Shown piece after piece: positions 51,119 through 61,283 of a DNA stretch of 64,000 nt; the first letter of the stretch is position 1; each line of letters starts with the position of its first letter. The DNA lies in assembly GCA_902624465.1 (NCBI GenBank), contig CACNXP010000001.1:31115-95114 (forward strand). The letters are read 5' to 3'. The DNA comes from an uncultured Pelagibacteraceae bacterium. Lineage in GTDB: Bacteria > Pseudomonadota > Alphaproteobacteria > Pelagibacterales > Pelagibacteraceae. Both the position numbers and the translations under genes were made by a program. Under the pieces are notes generated by a model. It saw nothing but the letters and a program-made list of their open reading frames with translations. It was not told the origin of the DNA and did no database searches.

Positions 51119-52044
51119 AGTCTTGCGCCAATTTGTTGAATTACTTTTGATGATAACTTGGTTGCTTGTTCTAAACATTTTTTAGTAGACAAATTATTTA
51201 TAAAACCATGTAAATAACCAGCCGCAAAAAGGTCTCCAGCACCTGTTAAATCTTTAATTGTGAGATTTTTATTTGCTTTTATTTCAGTGATTTCATCACC
51301 ATTAATTGAAATTGCACCTTTTTCTCCACGAGTAATTACAACATGTTTTTTTATTTCTTTCGCAAAAGTTATGACTTCATCGAAATTTTTAGTATTGATT
51401 AATGCCATTATTTCACTTTCATTTGCGAAAGTTAAATCTAATTTTTTTTTTACTAAGTCTAAAAAATTTTGTTTATGTCTTTCTACACAAAAGAGATCTG
51501 ATAACGACATTGCAACTTTATTAGAATTAGAAATTGCTTTTTCAAATGCTTTTTTTGGTTCACCTTCGTCCCATAAATAACCTTCTAAAAAAATTAATTC
51601 ACTTTTTTTTATAATTTCTTCGTCCACATCATTTTCATCAATTTTTCCTGCTATTCCTAAAAAAGTACACATTGTCCTCTCAGAGTCTGGAGTAACTAAA
51701 ATCAGACAAGTACCTGTAGGAAGAGTCTCTCTTTTCTTTTTATAGAAATATTTAACATTTTCTTTTTTAAGTCCCGCCTCATATTTTGCCCCAAAAATAT
51801 CATCAGATATTTTTCCGATAAAACCAACATCATTTTTAAGCTGTGATAAACCAACTATGGAGTTAGCAACTGACCCTCCTGAAATAGATTTTTCAATTTT
51901 TAAAGTGCCTAAAAGATTTTTGAATTCTATTTCATCAAAAAATAACTTCATTGTACCCTTCGTAAGATTATTTTTTTCAATAAAATTTTCATCAACTTTA
52001 CAAATTACATCAACTATAGCATTTCCAATCCCGAGTACTCTCAT
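51115..52044 (-). CDS. PfkB family kinase (adenosine kinase-like)
   Basis: GIGNAIVD, GGSVAN, ERTMCTFLG and DLTGAGDLFAAG motifs. Confidence 0.92.
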   Translation of the reverse strand: MRVLGIGNAIVDVICKVDENFIEKNNLTKGTMKLFFDEIEFKNLLGTLKIEKSISGGSVANSIVGLSQLKNDVGFIGKISDDIFGAKYEAGLKKENVKYFYKKKRETLPTGTCLILVTPDSERTMCTFLGIAGKIDENDVDEEIIKKSELIFLEGYLWDEGEPKKAFEKAISNSNKVAMSLSDLFCVERHKQNFLDLVKKKLDLTFANESEIMALINTKNFDEVITFAKEIKKHVVITRGEKGAISINGDEITEIKANKNLTIKDLTGAGDLFAAGYLHGFINNLSTKKCLEQATKLSSKVIQQIGARL

Positions 52045-52045
52045 T

Positions 52046-52699
52046 TTATGCTTTCTTTGTTTTAATTGGTTTTTTTCGTTTAGGATAGCAACTAGTGCAA
52101 ATTTTACAAGTTACCCCATAACATTCCCTAGCCTTACAATATTCTCGTCCATAATATATGATTTGAAGATGGAGTTTATTCCAACTTTTTTTTGGAAATA
52201 ATCTTTTTAAATCTTCTTCAGTTTGAACAACGTTCTTTCCATTTGTTAAACCCCACCTTTGAGCTAATCGGTGTATATGTGTATCAATTGGAAACGCAGG
52301 ATACCCAAAGCCTTGAGACATGACAACGCTAGCTGTTTTATGACCTACCCCTGGTAAATTTTCTAATTCTTCAAACGTTTTTGGAACTTTACCATTGTGT
52401 TTATCAATTAATATTTTTGATAGGTTGTAAATACTCTTCGCTTTAATTCTAAAAATACCAATTTTTTTGATTAATTTTTCAATTTTTTTTCTTCCTAATT
52501 TTACAAAATGAATTGGTTTATAATACTTCGGATAAATGTTTTTAGTCACATTATTTACATTGACATCAGTACATTGTGCAGAAAGAAGTACAGAAATTAA
52601 TAAAGTAAAAACGTTTTTGCTGTTTAACGGGACTGTTATTTTTGGGTACGTTTTATTTAAAATCTTAAAAATTATTTTCGCTCTTTGTACTTCATTCAT
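52046..52699 (-). CDS. nth: Endonuclease III
   Basis: LLSAQCTD, LPGVGHKTA (HhH), DTHIHR and a C-terminal Cys cluster. Confidence 0.96.
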   Translation of the reverse strand: MNEVQRAKIIFKILNKTYPKITVPLNSKNVFTLLISVLLSAQCTDVNVNNVTKNIYPKYYKPIHFVKLGRKKIEKLIKKIGIFRIKAKSIYNLSKILIDKHNGKVPKTFEELENLPGVGHKTASVVMSQGFGYPAFPIDTHIHRLAQRWGLTNGKNVVQTEEDLKRLFPKKSWNKLHLQIIYYGREYCKARECYGVTCKICTSCYPKRKKPIKTKKA

Positions 52700-53475
52700 T
52701 ATCTAAAATTCATCATGTCTCTCATTGAATAAAGACCTGGTTTCTTCTTCATTAACCAACTGGCTGCCGATAGTGCTCCTTCAGAGTAAAGAGCCCTATC
52801 AAAAGCTTCATGATTTAAAGTGATTATTTCTTTGCCACTTGAGAATTTTACCTCATGCTCACCAATAATCTCACCTCTTCTAATAGAATTGAAATTAATT
52901 TTGTTTCCATAGGGAAATGATTTTTTATTTAAGAACTTTTTTCCTATTAAGGTATAAAAGCTTTTATTTTTCCCTGTTGCTATCCCTCTACCCAACATCA
53001 ATGCAGTGCCTGAAGGATAATCTTTTTTATGTTTATGATGAATTTCAAACACCTTACTTAAAAAATTTTTACTCAGTGAACCTGAGGCAATTTCAGTCAA
53101 ATACATTAAGAGATTAATACCTAAACTCATATTTCCAGCCTTTAAAATTGGTATTTTTTTTGAAAATCTTTTAATTAAATAATCCTCTTTTTTTGTGAAT
53201 CCTGTTGTTCCCACAACTACTCTTTTTTTCAATTTAGATGCTATTTTTAATACCTCCAAGGTACATTTAGGGACTGTAAAATCTATTATTAGATTTGCTT
53301 TTTTGAATGCATTTTCATTATTAACATCTATTTTGATACCATTAATTCTTTTGTTTATCTCATTGCTTTCTGTTAGAGAAACAACCTTAAAATTTTTACT
53401 TAATTTTGCAGATTTTATTATCTGTTGCCCCATACGTCCCATGCATCCTGTGATAGCTATATTAATCTTTTTCAT
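52699..53475 (-). CDS. dapB: 4-hydroxy-tetrahydrodipicolinate reductase
   Basis: GCMGRMG, IDFT, GTTG and EIHHKHKKDYPSGTA motifs. Confidence 0.96.
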   Translation of the reverse strand: MKKINIAITGCMGRMGQQIIKSAKLSKNFKVVSLTESNEINKRINGIKIDVNNENAFKKANLIIDFTVPKCTLEVLKIASKLKKRVVVGTTGFTKKEDYLIKRFSKKIPILKAGNMSLGINLLMYLTEIASGSLSKNFLSKVFEIHHKHKKDYPSGTALMLGRGIATGKNKSFYTLIGKKFLNKKSFPYGNKINFNSIRRGEIIGEHEVKFSSGKEIITLNHEAFDRALYSEGALSAASWLMKKKPGLYSMRDMMNFR

Positions 53476-53486
53476 GATTTCTTATT

Positions 53487-54641
53487 TCATTTACTTAATT
53501 TGTTTTCAAACTCTTTTTTTAATTTTTTCACTACATTTTCCCAAGAAAAGTTTTCACGAACAAATTTACTTCTTACATTTTTTTTTTCATCAGGTTTATT
53601 AATAATATTACTCAAAATTTCAATTAATGAGTCAAGTTTTGGAGAAAGAGAATATCTGTCGTTTATTTTTTTTTCTTCACTTTCAATTTTAAAACCCATA
53701 CATTTATCAAAATAGTCATCAGTAGATCCTTTATTTGTTACAACTATTTGTGTGCCACAAGCAGCAGCTTCTAGAGGTGTCAGGTTAAACCCTTCAGCTA
53801 TATATGGAGATACGTAGCAATCTGTAATTGAGTAAATGCCTCTTAATTCATTAAAGTTTAGATTCTCTGAAATAATAATAATATCATTATACATTTCATC
53901 ATTAAAAATTTTGTATTTTTTACTAAAATTTGAATTAAAAACTTTCTTAATAACTTCATTTGCTTTTTTGTCATATAAAGTGCTTTGATCTTTTAAAATT
54001 AGTTTAAGATTTTTATTTTTCTTTTTTAGTATTCCATACGCAGCAATTAAAGTTTCAACACCTTTGTTTGTAAACATTGCACTTATATTCGTTAAAACAA
54101 AATCATCAGTTTTTATTTTATATTTATTTCTTAAAATTGTTTTTTCATCAAAAGAAATTGAACCAAAAGTATCTAAATCGATACCATGAGGAACAACTAT
54201 AATCTGGTCTTCTCTGAAACCAATATCTAAAAAGCCTTTTTTGGACCAGTTAGAAGGTGTGTGTATAAAAAAATTATTTTCTTTTTTAAGTTGAGCTGGT
54301 TCGCCATTTATATAATTCTTTTTATTAAGATTTCTATATTCTGTAGTTCCAAATACGAATAATAACTTAGAATTAAATTTTGTATCAAAATTAAAAGGTG
54401 CTGAAATTCTATAAGTTAAATCGTATTCAATATCTTTTGAAGGTGGTTGGATTTCATTGATTATATTTTTGATTTCATCTTTTAAACCACTATCATTTTT
54501 TTTAGAGTTCCAATTTTTATCAAAGAAAGGAATATCTTTAAAATATATATTCGAAGTTTTTATTAATTCTTTTATCTGCCATTGATTAACCAAGGCATAT
54601 GAGTGGTTAATACCACGCCAACCCTCAATAAGAATATTCAT
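53487..54641 (-). CDS. GT4-like (GT-B) glycosyltransferase
   Basis: VVPHGID, KG and YVSPYIAEGFNLTPLEAAACG (E-x7-E) motifs; FSWE. Confidence 0.88.
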   Translation of the reverse strand: MNILIEGWRGINHSYALVNQWQIKELIKTSNIYFKDIPFFDKNWNSKKNDSGLKDEIKNIINEIQPPSKDIEYDLTYRISAPFNFDTKFNSKLLFVFGTTEYRNLNKKNYINGEPAQLKKENNFFIHTPSNWSKKGFLDIGFREDQIIVVPHGIDLDTFGSISFDEKTILRNKYKIKTDDFVLTNISAMFTNKGVETLIAAYGILKKKNKNLKLILKDQSTLYDKKANEVIKKVFNSNFSKKYKIFNDEMYNDIIIISENLNFNELRGIYSITDCYVSPYIAEGFNLTPLEAAACGTQIVVTNKGSTDDYFDKCMGFKIESEEKKINDRYSLSPKLDSLIEILSNIINKPDEKKNVRSKFVRENFSWENVVKKLKKEFENKLSK

Positions 54642-54646
54642 TTAGT

Positions 54647-54817
54647 TTATTCAGATATAAAATATGAAACTATCACAATAGATGTGACAATTATAGACCA
54701 AATAAGGAAATTATAAAAAAATTGTTTTGATTTCGAATTTGATCTTAAAAAGCTAGGAAGTACTAAAATTAAAACTGCTATAAGAAAAATAGCAGGAACT
54801 ATTTCTTCTAATCTCAT
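54647..54817 (-). CDS. Small two-TM membrane protein (56 aa), not in ORF track
   Basis: Manual translation MRLEEIVPAIFLIAVLILVLPSFLRSNSKSKQFFYNFLIWSIIVTSIVIVSYFISE; fills the dnaJ-GT gap with 3- and 5-nt spacers. Confidence 0.8.
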   Translation of the reverse strand: MRLEEIVPAIFLIAVLILVLPSFLRSNSKSKQFFYNFLIWSIIVTSIVIVSYFISE

Positions 54818-54820
54818 TAT

Positions 54821-55957
54821 TTAACCATTCCAGAAATTTTTAGCTTTTTGAAAAAATTTTTTTATACTTGGGTTTGATTTTTCATTTTCTATTTTTCTAA
54901 ATCGTTCTAACAAATCTTTTTGTTCTTTATTTAAGAATACTGGTACTTCAGTTTTAACTTGAACATATAAGTCACCAAAATCACCTCTTCGCATGAATGG
55001 CATACCTTTACCTTTTAATCTAAATTGTTTACCATCTTGGGTTCCATCTGGAATTTTGATTTTTGCTTTTTTTCCATCAATTGTGGGTATTTCTATCGTT
55101 GTGCCAAGAGCTGCATCAGCAATTGAAATTGGGAACTCAAAAAATAAATTTACATCAGATCTTTTAAATAATTCATGAGATTTAACATTAATAAATAAAT
55201 ATAAATCACCACTAGTACCCCCCCTAGTCCCAGCCTCACCTTTGCCAGCAAGTCTTATTCTCGTACCATCATCTACACCTTTGGGTATTGTTACAGATAC
55301 TTTTTTGTTTGTTTGTTTATTTCCTTGTCCATTACAATCCCCACATGGATTGGTAATCTCCTCACCACTTCCTGCACACTGAGGACAAGTTTGTTGAACT
55401 GTAAAGAAACCTTGATTAGATCTAACTCTTCCATTTCCTCCACAATAGGTACATCTATCTGGACTTGAGCCTGGTTTAGAACCATTTCCTTTACAAGTAT
55501 TACATTTTTCAGACGTAGAGAATTGAATGTTTTGTTTTTTTCCAGTGTACGCCTCCTCTAGTGTAATTGATAAATCATATCTTAGATCTGAACCTCTGTT
55601 ATTTGAGCTTCTTCTTGAACTTCTTCTGCCTCCACCACCAAAATCTCCAAAAAAATCTTCGAAAATATCAGAGAAATCTGCACCACTAAAACCACCAAAA
55701 CCGCTAAAACCACCTCTACCACCGCCACCATTTTCAAATGCAGCATGTCCAAAGTTATCGTAGTTTTCTTTTTTTGATTTATCAGAGAGCACACCATAAG
55801 CCTCACTGGCCTCTTTAAATTTATCTTCCGCAGATTTATCCCCAGGATTTTTGTCAGGGTGATATTTAACAGCTAATTTTCTGTAGGCTGATTTTAGTTC
55901 GTCAGGGCTTGCGCTTTTACTCACTCCTAAGACATCATAATAATCTCTTTTAGCCAT
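54821..55957 (-). CDS. dnaJ: Chaperone DnaJ
   Basis: J domain with HPD, G/F-rich region and four CxxCxGxG repeats. Confidence 0.98.
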   Translation of the reverse strand: MAKRDYYDVLGVSKSASPDELKSAYRKLAVKYHPDKNPGDKSAEDKFKEASEAYGVLSDKSKKENYDNFGHAAFENGGGGRGGFSGFGGFSGADFSDIFEDFFGDFGGGGRRSSRRSSNNRGSDLRYDLSITLEEAYTGKKQNIQFSTSEKCNTCKGNGSKPGSSPDRCTYCGGNGRVRSNQGFFTVQQTCPQCAGSGEEITNPCGDCNGQGNKQTNKKVSVTIPKGVDDGTRIRLAGKGEAGTRGGTSGDLYLFINVKSHELFKRSDVNLFFEFPISIADAALGTTIEIPTIDGKKAKIKIPDGTQDGKQFRLKGKGMPFMRRGDFGDLYVQVKTEVPVFLNKEQKDLLERFRKIENEKSNPSIKKFFQKAKNFWNG

Positions 55958-55985
55958 GTATATAACCTGGACAAATAGATGTCAG

Positions 55986-57911
55986 TTAAGCGCTTTTTTC
56001 TTTATTCTCGTCTTTTACTTCCTCAAAATCCGCATCAACAACATTATCGTCTTTATTTCCTTTTTCATCTTTTCCATCATCTTTGGTAGAATCTGGTTTT
56101 GTGCTTTGTTGTGACTTGTAAATAGCTTCTCCTAGTTTCATTGAAGCTTGTACCAATGCCTCTGTTTTCTTCTTAATATCCTCAATATTTTCACCTTTAA
56201 GAGATTCCTTTAATGCATTTGACCCATCTTCAATTGCTTTTTTCTCTGCATCTGAAACTTTAGATCCATGCTCTTTTAGATTTTTTTCGGTTGAATGAAT
56301 TAAAGTGTCTGCTTGGTTTCTTACATCCACGGACTCTCTTTTTTTCTTGTCTGCTTCTTTGTTTGTTTCAGCATCTTTCACCATTTTTTCAATTTCTTCA
56401 TCACTTAATCCACCAGAAGCTTGAATTTGAATCTTTTGTTCTTTGCCGGTACCTTTGTCTTTTGCGGACACATTCACAATTCCATTAGCGTCTATATCAA
56501 AAGTGACTTCAATTTGAGGAACTCCTCTTGGAGCTGGAGCAATACCAACTAGTTCAAAATTACCAAGTAATTTATTATCTGTTGCCATCTCTCTTTCACC
56601 TTGTAGAACTCGAATAGAGACAGCTGGCTGGTTATCCTCTGCAGTAGAAAACACCTGGCTTTTTTTTGTAGGTATAGTTGTATTTTTTTCAATAAGTTTT
56701 GTAGATACACCGCCTAGAGTTTCAATTCCTAGGGATAATGGTGTTACATCTAATAAAAGAACATCTTTTACATCACCTTGTAAAACACCAGCTTGAATTG
56801 CAGCACCCATTGCAACCACTTCATCTGGATTAACACTTTTGTTTGGTTCTTTACCAAAGAAATTTTTTACCTCAGAAATGACTTTTGGCATTCTAGTCAT
56901 ACCTCCGACCATTACCACTTCATCAACTTCGCTAGCTGAAATTCCGGCATCTTTCAAAGCAGTTTTACATGGTGGAATAGTTTTAGCTATTAAGTCCTCA
57001 ACTAAAGCTTCTAACTTAGCTCTAGTCATTTTTAAATTAATATGTTTAGGACCAGTTTTATCAGCAGTTATAAATGGTAAATTAATATCTGTTTGTTCAG
57101 CTGCTGAAAGTTCAATTTTTGCTTTTTCAGCTGCCTCTTTTAATCTTTGTAATGCTAACTTATCAGTTTTTAAATCAATACCACTATCTTTTTTGAACTC
57201 AGAAATTAAATATTCTACCACAGCATTGTCAAAATCTTCCCCACCTAAAAAAGTATCACCATTTGTAGATTTTACCTCAAAAACTCCATCACCTAATTCA
57301 AGAATAGATACATCAAATGTTCCACCACCTAAATCGTAAACTGCAATTTTTTTATTTTGTTTTTTATCTAAACCATAAGCTAGTGAAGCTGCAGTTGGTT
57401 CATTGATGATTCTTAAAACCTCTAACCCAGCTATTTTTCCAGCATCCTTTGTAGCTTGTCTTTGTGCATCATTAAAATATGCAGGGACTGTTATTACTGC
57501 TTTTGTAACAGCTTGACCTAAATATTTTTCAGCAGTCTCTTTCATTTTTTGGAGAATAAAAGCAGAAATTTGTGAAGGTGAATATTTTTCTCCTTTAGCT
57601 TCAATCCATGCATCACCTTTTTCAGAATTTACAATTTTAAAAGGTGCAGCTTCAATATCTTTTTTAACAGTTGGGTCTTCAAAATTTCTACCAATCAATC
57701 TTTTAACTGCAAAAATTGTATTTTCAGGATTTGTTACTGCTTGTCTTTTAGCAGGTTGTCCTATTAATTTTTCTTTTTCTTCAGTAAAAGCAACAACCGA
57801 AGGTGTAGTCCTTGCACCCTCTGCATTTTCTAAAACTTTTGCCTGGCTTCCTTCCATAATAGCCACACAAGAGTTTGTTGTTCCTAAATCTATTCCAATT
57901 ATTTTGCTCAT
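55986..57911 (-). CDS. dnaK: Chaperone DnaK
   Basis: [17 protein letters not shown] and DLGGGTFD motifs. Confidence 0.99.
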   Translation of the reverse strand: MSKIIGIDLGTTNSCVAIMEGSQAKVLENAEGARTTPSVVAFTEEKEKLIGQPAKRQAVTNPENTIFAVKRLIGRNFEDPTVKKDIEAAPFKIVNSEKGDAWIEAKGEKYSPSQISAFILQKMKETAEKYLGQAVTKAVITVPAYFNDAQRQATKDAGKIAGLEVLRIINEPTAASLAYGLDKKQNKKIAVYDLGGGTFDVSILELGDGVFEVKSTNGDTFLGGEDFDNAVVEYLISEFKKDSGIDLKTDKLALQRLKEAAEKAKIELSAAEQTDINLPFITADKTGPKHINLKMTRAKLEALVEDLIAKTIPPCKTALKDAGISASEVDEVVMVGGMTRMPKVISEVKNFFGKEPNKSVNPDEVVAMGAAIQAGVLQGDVKDVLLLDVTPLSLGIETLGGVSTKLIEKNTTIPTKKSQVFSTAEDNQPAVSIRVLQGEREMATDNKLLGNFELVGIAPAPRGVPQIEVTFDIDANGIVNVSAKDKGTGKEQKIQIQASGGLSDEEIEKMVKDAETNKEADKKKRESVDVRNQADTLIHSTEKNLKEHGSKVSDAEKKAIEDGSNALKESLKGENIEDIKKKTEALVQASMKLGEAIYKSQQSTKPDSTKDDGKDEKGNKDDNVVDADFEEVKDENKEKSA

Positions 57912-57931
57912 ATTAGTTATTTATTCTCCTC

Positions 57932-57959
57932 ATATAGGGTTGAAATTGAATTCTACAAG
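57932..57959 (-). promoter_or_regulatory. RpoH (sigma32) promoter of dnaKJ
   Basis: Minus strand CTTG-N17-CCTATAT fits the alphaproteobacterial RpoH consensus CTTG-N17-CYTATNT. Confidence 0.75.
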
Positions 57960-57971
57960 TTCATTTAAATA

Positions 57972-58610
57972 TTATTTACCTCCAGAATTTTCTTTATTTT
58001 CCTCATTTTTTTCGTCTTTTTTTTCACTTTTCTTGGCCACGCCCACTAGAGCCGGTCTCAATAATCTATCTTTAATTGTAAATCCTTTTTGTATTTCTTG
58101 AACAATTGTTCCGGGTTCTTTTTGATCATCTTCTATTTCAATCATTGCCTGGTGAAAGTTTGGATCAAATTTTTTATTAAGACATTCAATAGGCCTAATT
58201 TTGTTTTTTGAAAAAATTGAAATTAAATCTTTATTAATAATGTCAAAATGCTCGAGTGTCTTTTTTAAAGCTTCAGTATCCTTTAAAGTTTCATCTTTTA
58301 ATAAAATTTGTTTTGATCTTTCAAGATTATCTATCAAATTTAGAGCTTCTCTTGCAAAAGAAAACCCTCCATATTCAAAAGCATCTTCTTTCTCTTTTTC
58401 AAACCTTCTTCGTTGGTTCTCCATTTCAGCAAATGACCTTGCAAGTTTATCCTCTAACTCTAAAATTTTCTCTTCTGGTGTTTTTTCTTGTTCTTGGTCT
58501 TGTTCTTTATTATTGGTTTCTAAATTTTCAGTTTTTTCATCTTGATCTAAATCTTTTTGATCTTTCTCAGATGCTTTGTCTGTATTTTCATGGTTTTGAT
58601 CTTTTTCCAT
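57972..58610 (-). CDS. grpE: Nucleotide exchange factor GrpE
   Basis: AEMENQRRR, DNLER, FDPNFHQAM and RLLRPALVGV motifs. Confidence 0.96.
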   Translation of the reverse strand: MEKDQNHENTDKASEKDQKDLDQDEKTENLETNNKEQDQEQEKTPEEKILELEDKLARSFAEMENQRRRFEKEKEDAFEYGGFSFAREALNLIDNLERSKQILLKDETLKDTEALKKTLEHFDIINKDLISIFSKNKIRPIECLNKKFDPNFHQAMIEIEDDQKEPGTIVQEIQKGFTIKDRLLRPALVGVAKKSEKKDEKNEENKENSGGK

Positions 58611-58618
58611 ATGGACAT

Positions 58619-58646
58619 ATATGGTAAGAAAAAATCAAATTTCCAG
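58619..58646 (-). promoter_or_regulatory. Putative RpoH-type promoter of grpE
   Basis: Minus strand CTGGAA-N14-TACCATAT ending 8 nt before the grpE ATG. Confidence 0.4.
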
Positions 58647-59249
58647 ATGTTAAAAAAAAAAATTAAACAACTCCTTATAGGTACAAATAACAAAGGTAAA
58701 TTAAAGGAAATAAGAGATTTATTACCAGCTAATATTAAAACATTTCCTACCTCAAAGTTTAATTTAAAGAGCCCTAGAGAAACAGGCAAGACTTTTAAAG
58801 AAAATTCTCTCATCAAATCTCAATATTTTTCAAAAAAAACAAATCTAATATGCTTGGCTGATGACTCTGGATTAGAAATTGATATTTTAAACAAAAAACC
58901 AGGAATCTATTCAGCAAGATGGGCTGGAAAAAATTTGAATTTTAATAAGGCAATTCAAAAAGTTTATAGGGCATTAGATAAAAAAGATAAAAATTGGAGA
59001 AATAAAAAAATTAATGCCAGGTTTGTTTGTGCTTTATCCATAAGTGATTTAAATAAAAAAATTGCTTGTGTTGTTGGAAAAGTTGAGGGGTATATCTCCA
59101 AAGAACCCAAGGGCAAGAATGGGTTTGGATATGATCCAATATTTATTCCTAAAAATAAAATAAAAACATTTGGAGAGATGAAACCATCTCAAAAGTATAA
59201 ATTAGACCATAGGTCTGATGCTTTTAAGAAGATTAGAAAATTTCTTTAA
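58647..59249 (+). CDS. rdgB: dITP/XTP pyrophosphatase (RdgB/HAM1)
   Basis: TNNKGK, ADDSGL, PGIYSARW, GFGYDPIF and DHR motifs; start set at ATG 58647 to avoid overlap with grpE. Confidence 0.94.
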   Translation: MLKKKIKQLLIGTNNKGKLKEIRDLLPANIKTFPTSKFNLKSPRETGKTFKENSLIKSQYFSKKTNLICLADDSGLEIDILNKKPGIYSARWAGKNLNFNKAIQKVYRALDKKDKNWRNKKINARFVCALSISDLNKKIACVVGKVEGYISKEPKGKNGFGYDPIFIPKNKIKTFGEMKPSQKYKLDHRSDAFKKIRKFL

Positions 59250-60387
59250 TTTCTCCCTCATCAATTTTATAAAAGTTTAATCTATGATTAATTTTGTTAT
59301 TTTTAACATCAAAAATTCCAATTTTACCTTTAAAAGAATTTTCTTTTTTAAAAATATTTTCTATATCTGAAAAATCAGATTTAAGAGATAAGTAATAAAT
59401 CAAACCTAAAAGATCATAACTTAATAAGCTTAGATGATTTGGTTTTGAATTGTAGGTATCTGTAAATTTTTTATTAAATGCCTCTAAATTTTTTTTGTTG
59501 ATTGAGGGATAATATAAAGGCTGGATATCTCCCTCTAAAAATAAACTCTCATCAAACCATTGATTAAGAGTTATAAATAATTTATTTTTTGGTGATACAT
59601 CGGTGTAGATAAGAGAAGTAATTACACTTTTTAGATTTTCATCAAAATCAGATATAATAACTGAATCAAAATTTACACTTCCAATTGTATATTTTTTCTC
59701 TAATTTCTTGATTTGTTCTTCTTTGTCTAATAAATCTGAGTTTTCAATTCTTGAAATTTCATTAGCCAAGTTTTGTTTTCTCACCTCATAATTTGTTATT
59801 TTTTCGATTTGCTTTGTTAGTTTAGTTGGTTCACTGTCATAAGAGTATTGTTTAGAAATTTTGATTTTCGATTGTTTTATGGCTTTTTTTATTTCATTTT
59901 TATAATCAAGGTCAGGTGTTAAAAAGATTGTTTTTTTTGCCTCACTTAATTCTAAAAAATTCTTAATTGCATTTAACTGCGATAAAGAATTTACTCCGCT
60001 GCTTATCACATTTTTTGGTAGATCATTGGTTTTATTTGTTAATGATAAAAAAACTACATTTTGAATTTCATCTAAATATATCAAACTTTTAAAAAAAATT
60101 GGTCCAATAAAAATCTTTATCCCTCTATTTTTTAACTTTGTAGCTGATTCTAAAGTTTGATTAGGATCAATACCAGTGTCCATAGGATAAATTTCAATAT
60201 TGTCCGTTCCAATATCATTTAAGGCCATTCTGGTTGATTTAATTATTGATTTTCCTAATTCTTTATATTCACCAGATAAAGGTGCAAGAAGCCCAATTTT
60301 AATTTTTTCACTTTGTGAAAACGCAAATGAATGATTTGTTAGGTAAATAATTATTAATGTTAAAATAATTCTAAAAATTTTTATCAT
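59233..60387 (-). CDS. Periplasmic binding-fold protein (penicillin-binding protein activator / LppC-like)
   Basis: Signal peptide; KIGLLAPLSG, IGP, SYD and FKGKIGIF segments; divergent from rsmI. Confidence 0.75.
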   Translation of the reverse strand: MIKIFRIILTLIIIYLTNHSFAFSQSEKIKIGLLAPLSGEYKELGKSIIKSTRMALNDIGTDNIEIYPMDTGIDPNQTLESATKLKNRGIKIFIGPIFFKSLIYLDEIQNVVFLSLTNKTNDLPKNVISSGVNSLSQLNAIKNFLELSEAKKTIFLTPDLDYKNEIKKAIKQSKIKISKQYSYDSEPTKLTKQIEKITNYEVRKQNLANEISRIENSDLLDKEEQIKKLEKKYTIGSVNFDSVIISDFDENLKSVITSLIYTDVSPKNKLFITLNQWFDESLFLEGDIQPLYYPSINKKNLEAFNKKFTDTYNSKPNHLSLLSYDLLGLIYYLSLKSDFSDIENIFKKENSFKGKIGIFDVKNNKINHRLNFYKIDEGEIKEIF

Positions 60388-60419
60388 TTTAATGATACTA
60401 TAATATTTTAATACTAAAT

Positions 60420-61283
60420 ATGATTGAAAATTTAAAATCTGCTGATAGAGTGTTCAAAAAAAGTCTATATTTAGTCTCAACTCCAATTGGTAATTTAAAT
60501 GATATTAGTCTTAGAGCCATAGAAACTCTCAAAATTTCAGATTACATTTTGTGTGAAGATACTAGAATTTCTAAAAATTTGTTAGAAAAATATCAAATCA
60601 AATCAAATTTAATCGCCAATCATAAATTTAATGAAAAAAGAAATGTTGTTAAAATTATAAAGTTAGTTAATCAAGGATCACTTATTTCTCTAATTTCAGA
60701 CGCTGGCACCCCAGGCATTTCTGATCCAGGTTTTATATTAGTTAATGAGTGCATTAAAAATAATATAAATATTATTCCTATACCTGGTGCTTCTGCTGTT
60801 ATATCAGCAGTTTCAATATCAGGGTTTTCAGAAAAGTTTTTCTTTTACGGATTTTTTCCTGAAAAGGACAAAATATTAAAAGAGGATTTGGAAACTTTAT
60901 CAAAATTAAATAGTTCAATTGTTTTTTTTATTTCTCCAAAGAAAATTAATAAAATTATTCCTTTAATTAAAAAAAATTTTATGGGTAGAAAAATCTTAAT
61001 TTGTAGAGAAATGACAAAGTTTTATGAGGAGTATAAAAGATCAAAAGTTGAAGATTTAGAGCCATTAAAGAGTAATTTAAAAGGTGAATTAACCATTGTT
61101 ATATCAGAAAAAATTCATGACAAAAAAGCTTCACAAACTTTGGATGAATCAGATAAAAGATTGATTAGAAGAATGATAAATAAACTAAGTATTAAAGAAA
61201 TAACAGATTTAATAATTTGGAAAAATAATATTTCAAAAAAAATTATCTATAATTATTGTTTGAAAATTAAAAATGAAAAATAA
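60420..61283 (+). CDS. rsmI: 16S rRNA C1402 2'-O-methyltransferase RsmI
   Basis: LYLVSTPIGNL, CEDTR, SDAGTPGISDPG and REMTKFYEE motifs. Confidence 0.96.
   Translation: MIENLKSADRVFKKSLYLVSTPIGNLNDISLRAIETLKISDYILCEDTRISKNLLEKYQIKSNLIANHKFNEKRNVVKIIKLVNQGSLISLISDAGTPGISDPGFILVNECIKNNINIIPIPGASAVISAVSISGFSEKFFFYGFFPEKDKILKEDLETLSKLNSSIVFFISPKKINKIIPLIKKNFMGRKILICREMTKFYEEYKRSKVEDLEPLKSNLKGELTIVISEKIHDKKASQTLDESDKRLIRRMINKLSIKEITDLIIWKNNISKKIIYNYCLKIKNEK

Noticed and set aside
55527-55763. Low-complexity CCACC-rich stretch
   Set aside because: It is the reverse complement of the normal Gly/Phe-rich linker of DnaJ
56839-57339. 166-aa antisense ORF inside dnaK, and similar shadow ORFs in acs, hslU, rho, leuS, dnaJ, grpE and maeB
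   Set aside because: They lie wholly opposite or out of frame to conserved genes, a known by-product of codon bias; no motifs or RBS
58557-58646. Extended N-termini in the ORF track for rdgB (likewise hisE, the Ubi hydroxylase and DUF3576)
   Set aside because: Extensions overlap neighbouring genes or precede the family-typical start; downstream ATGs fit better
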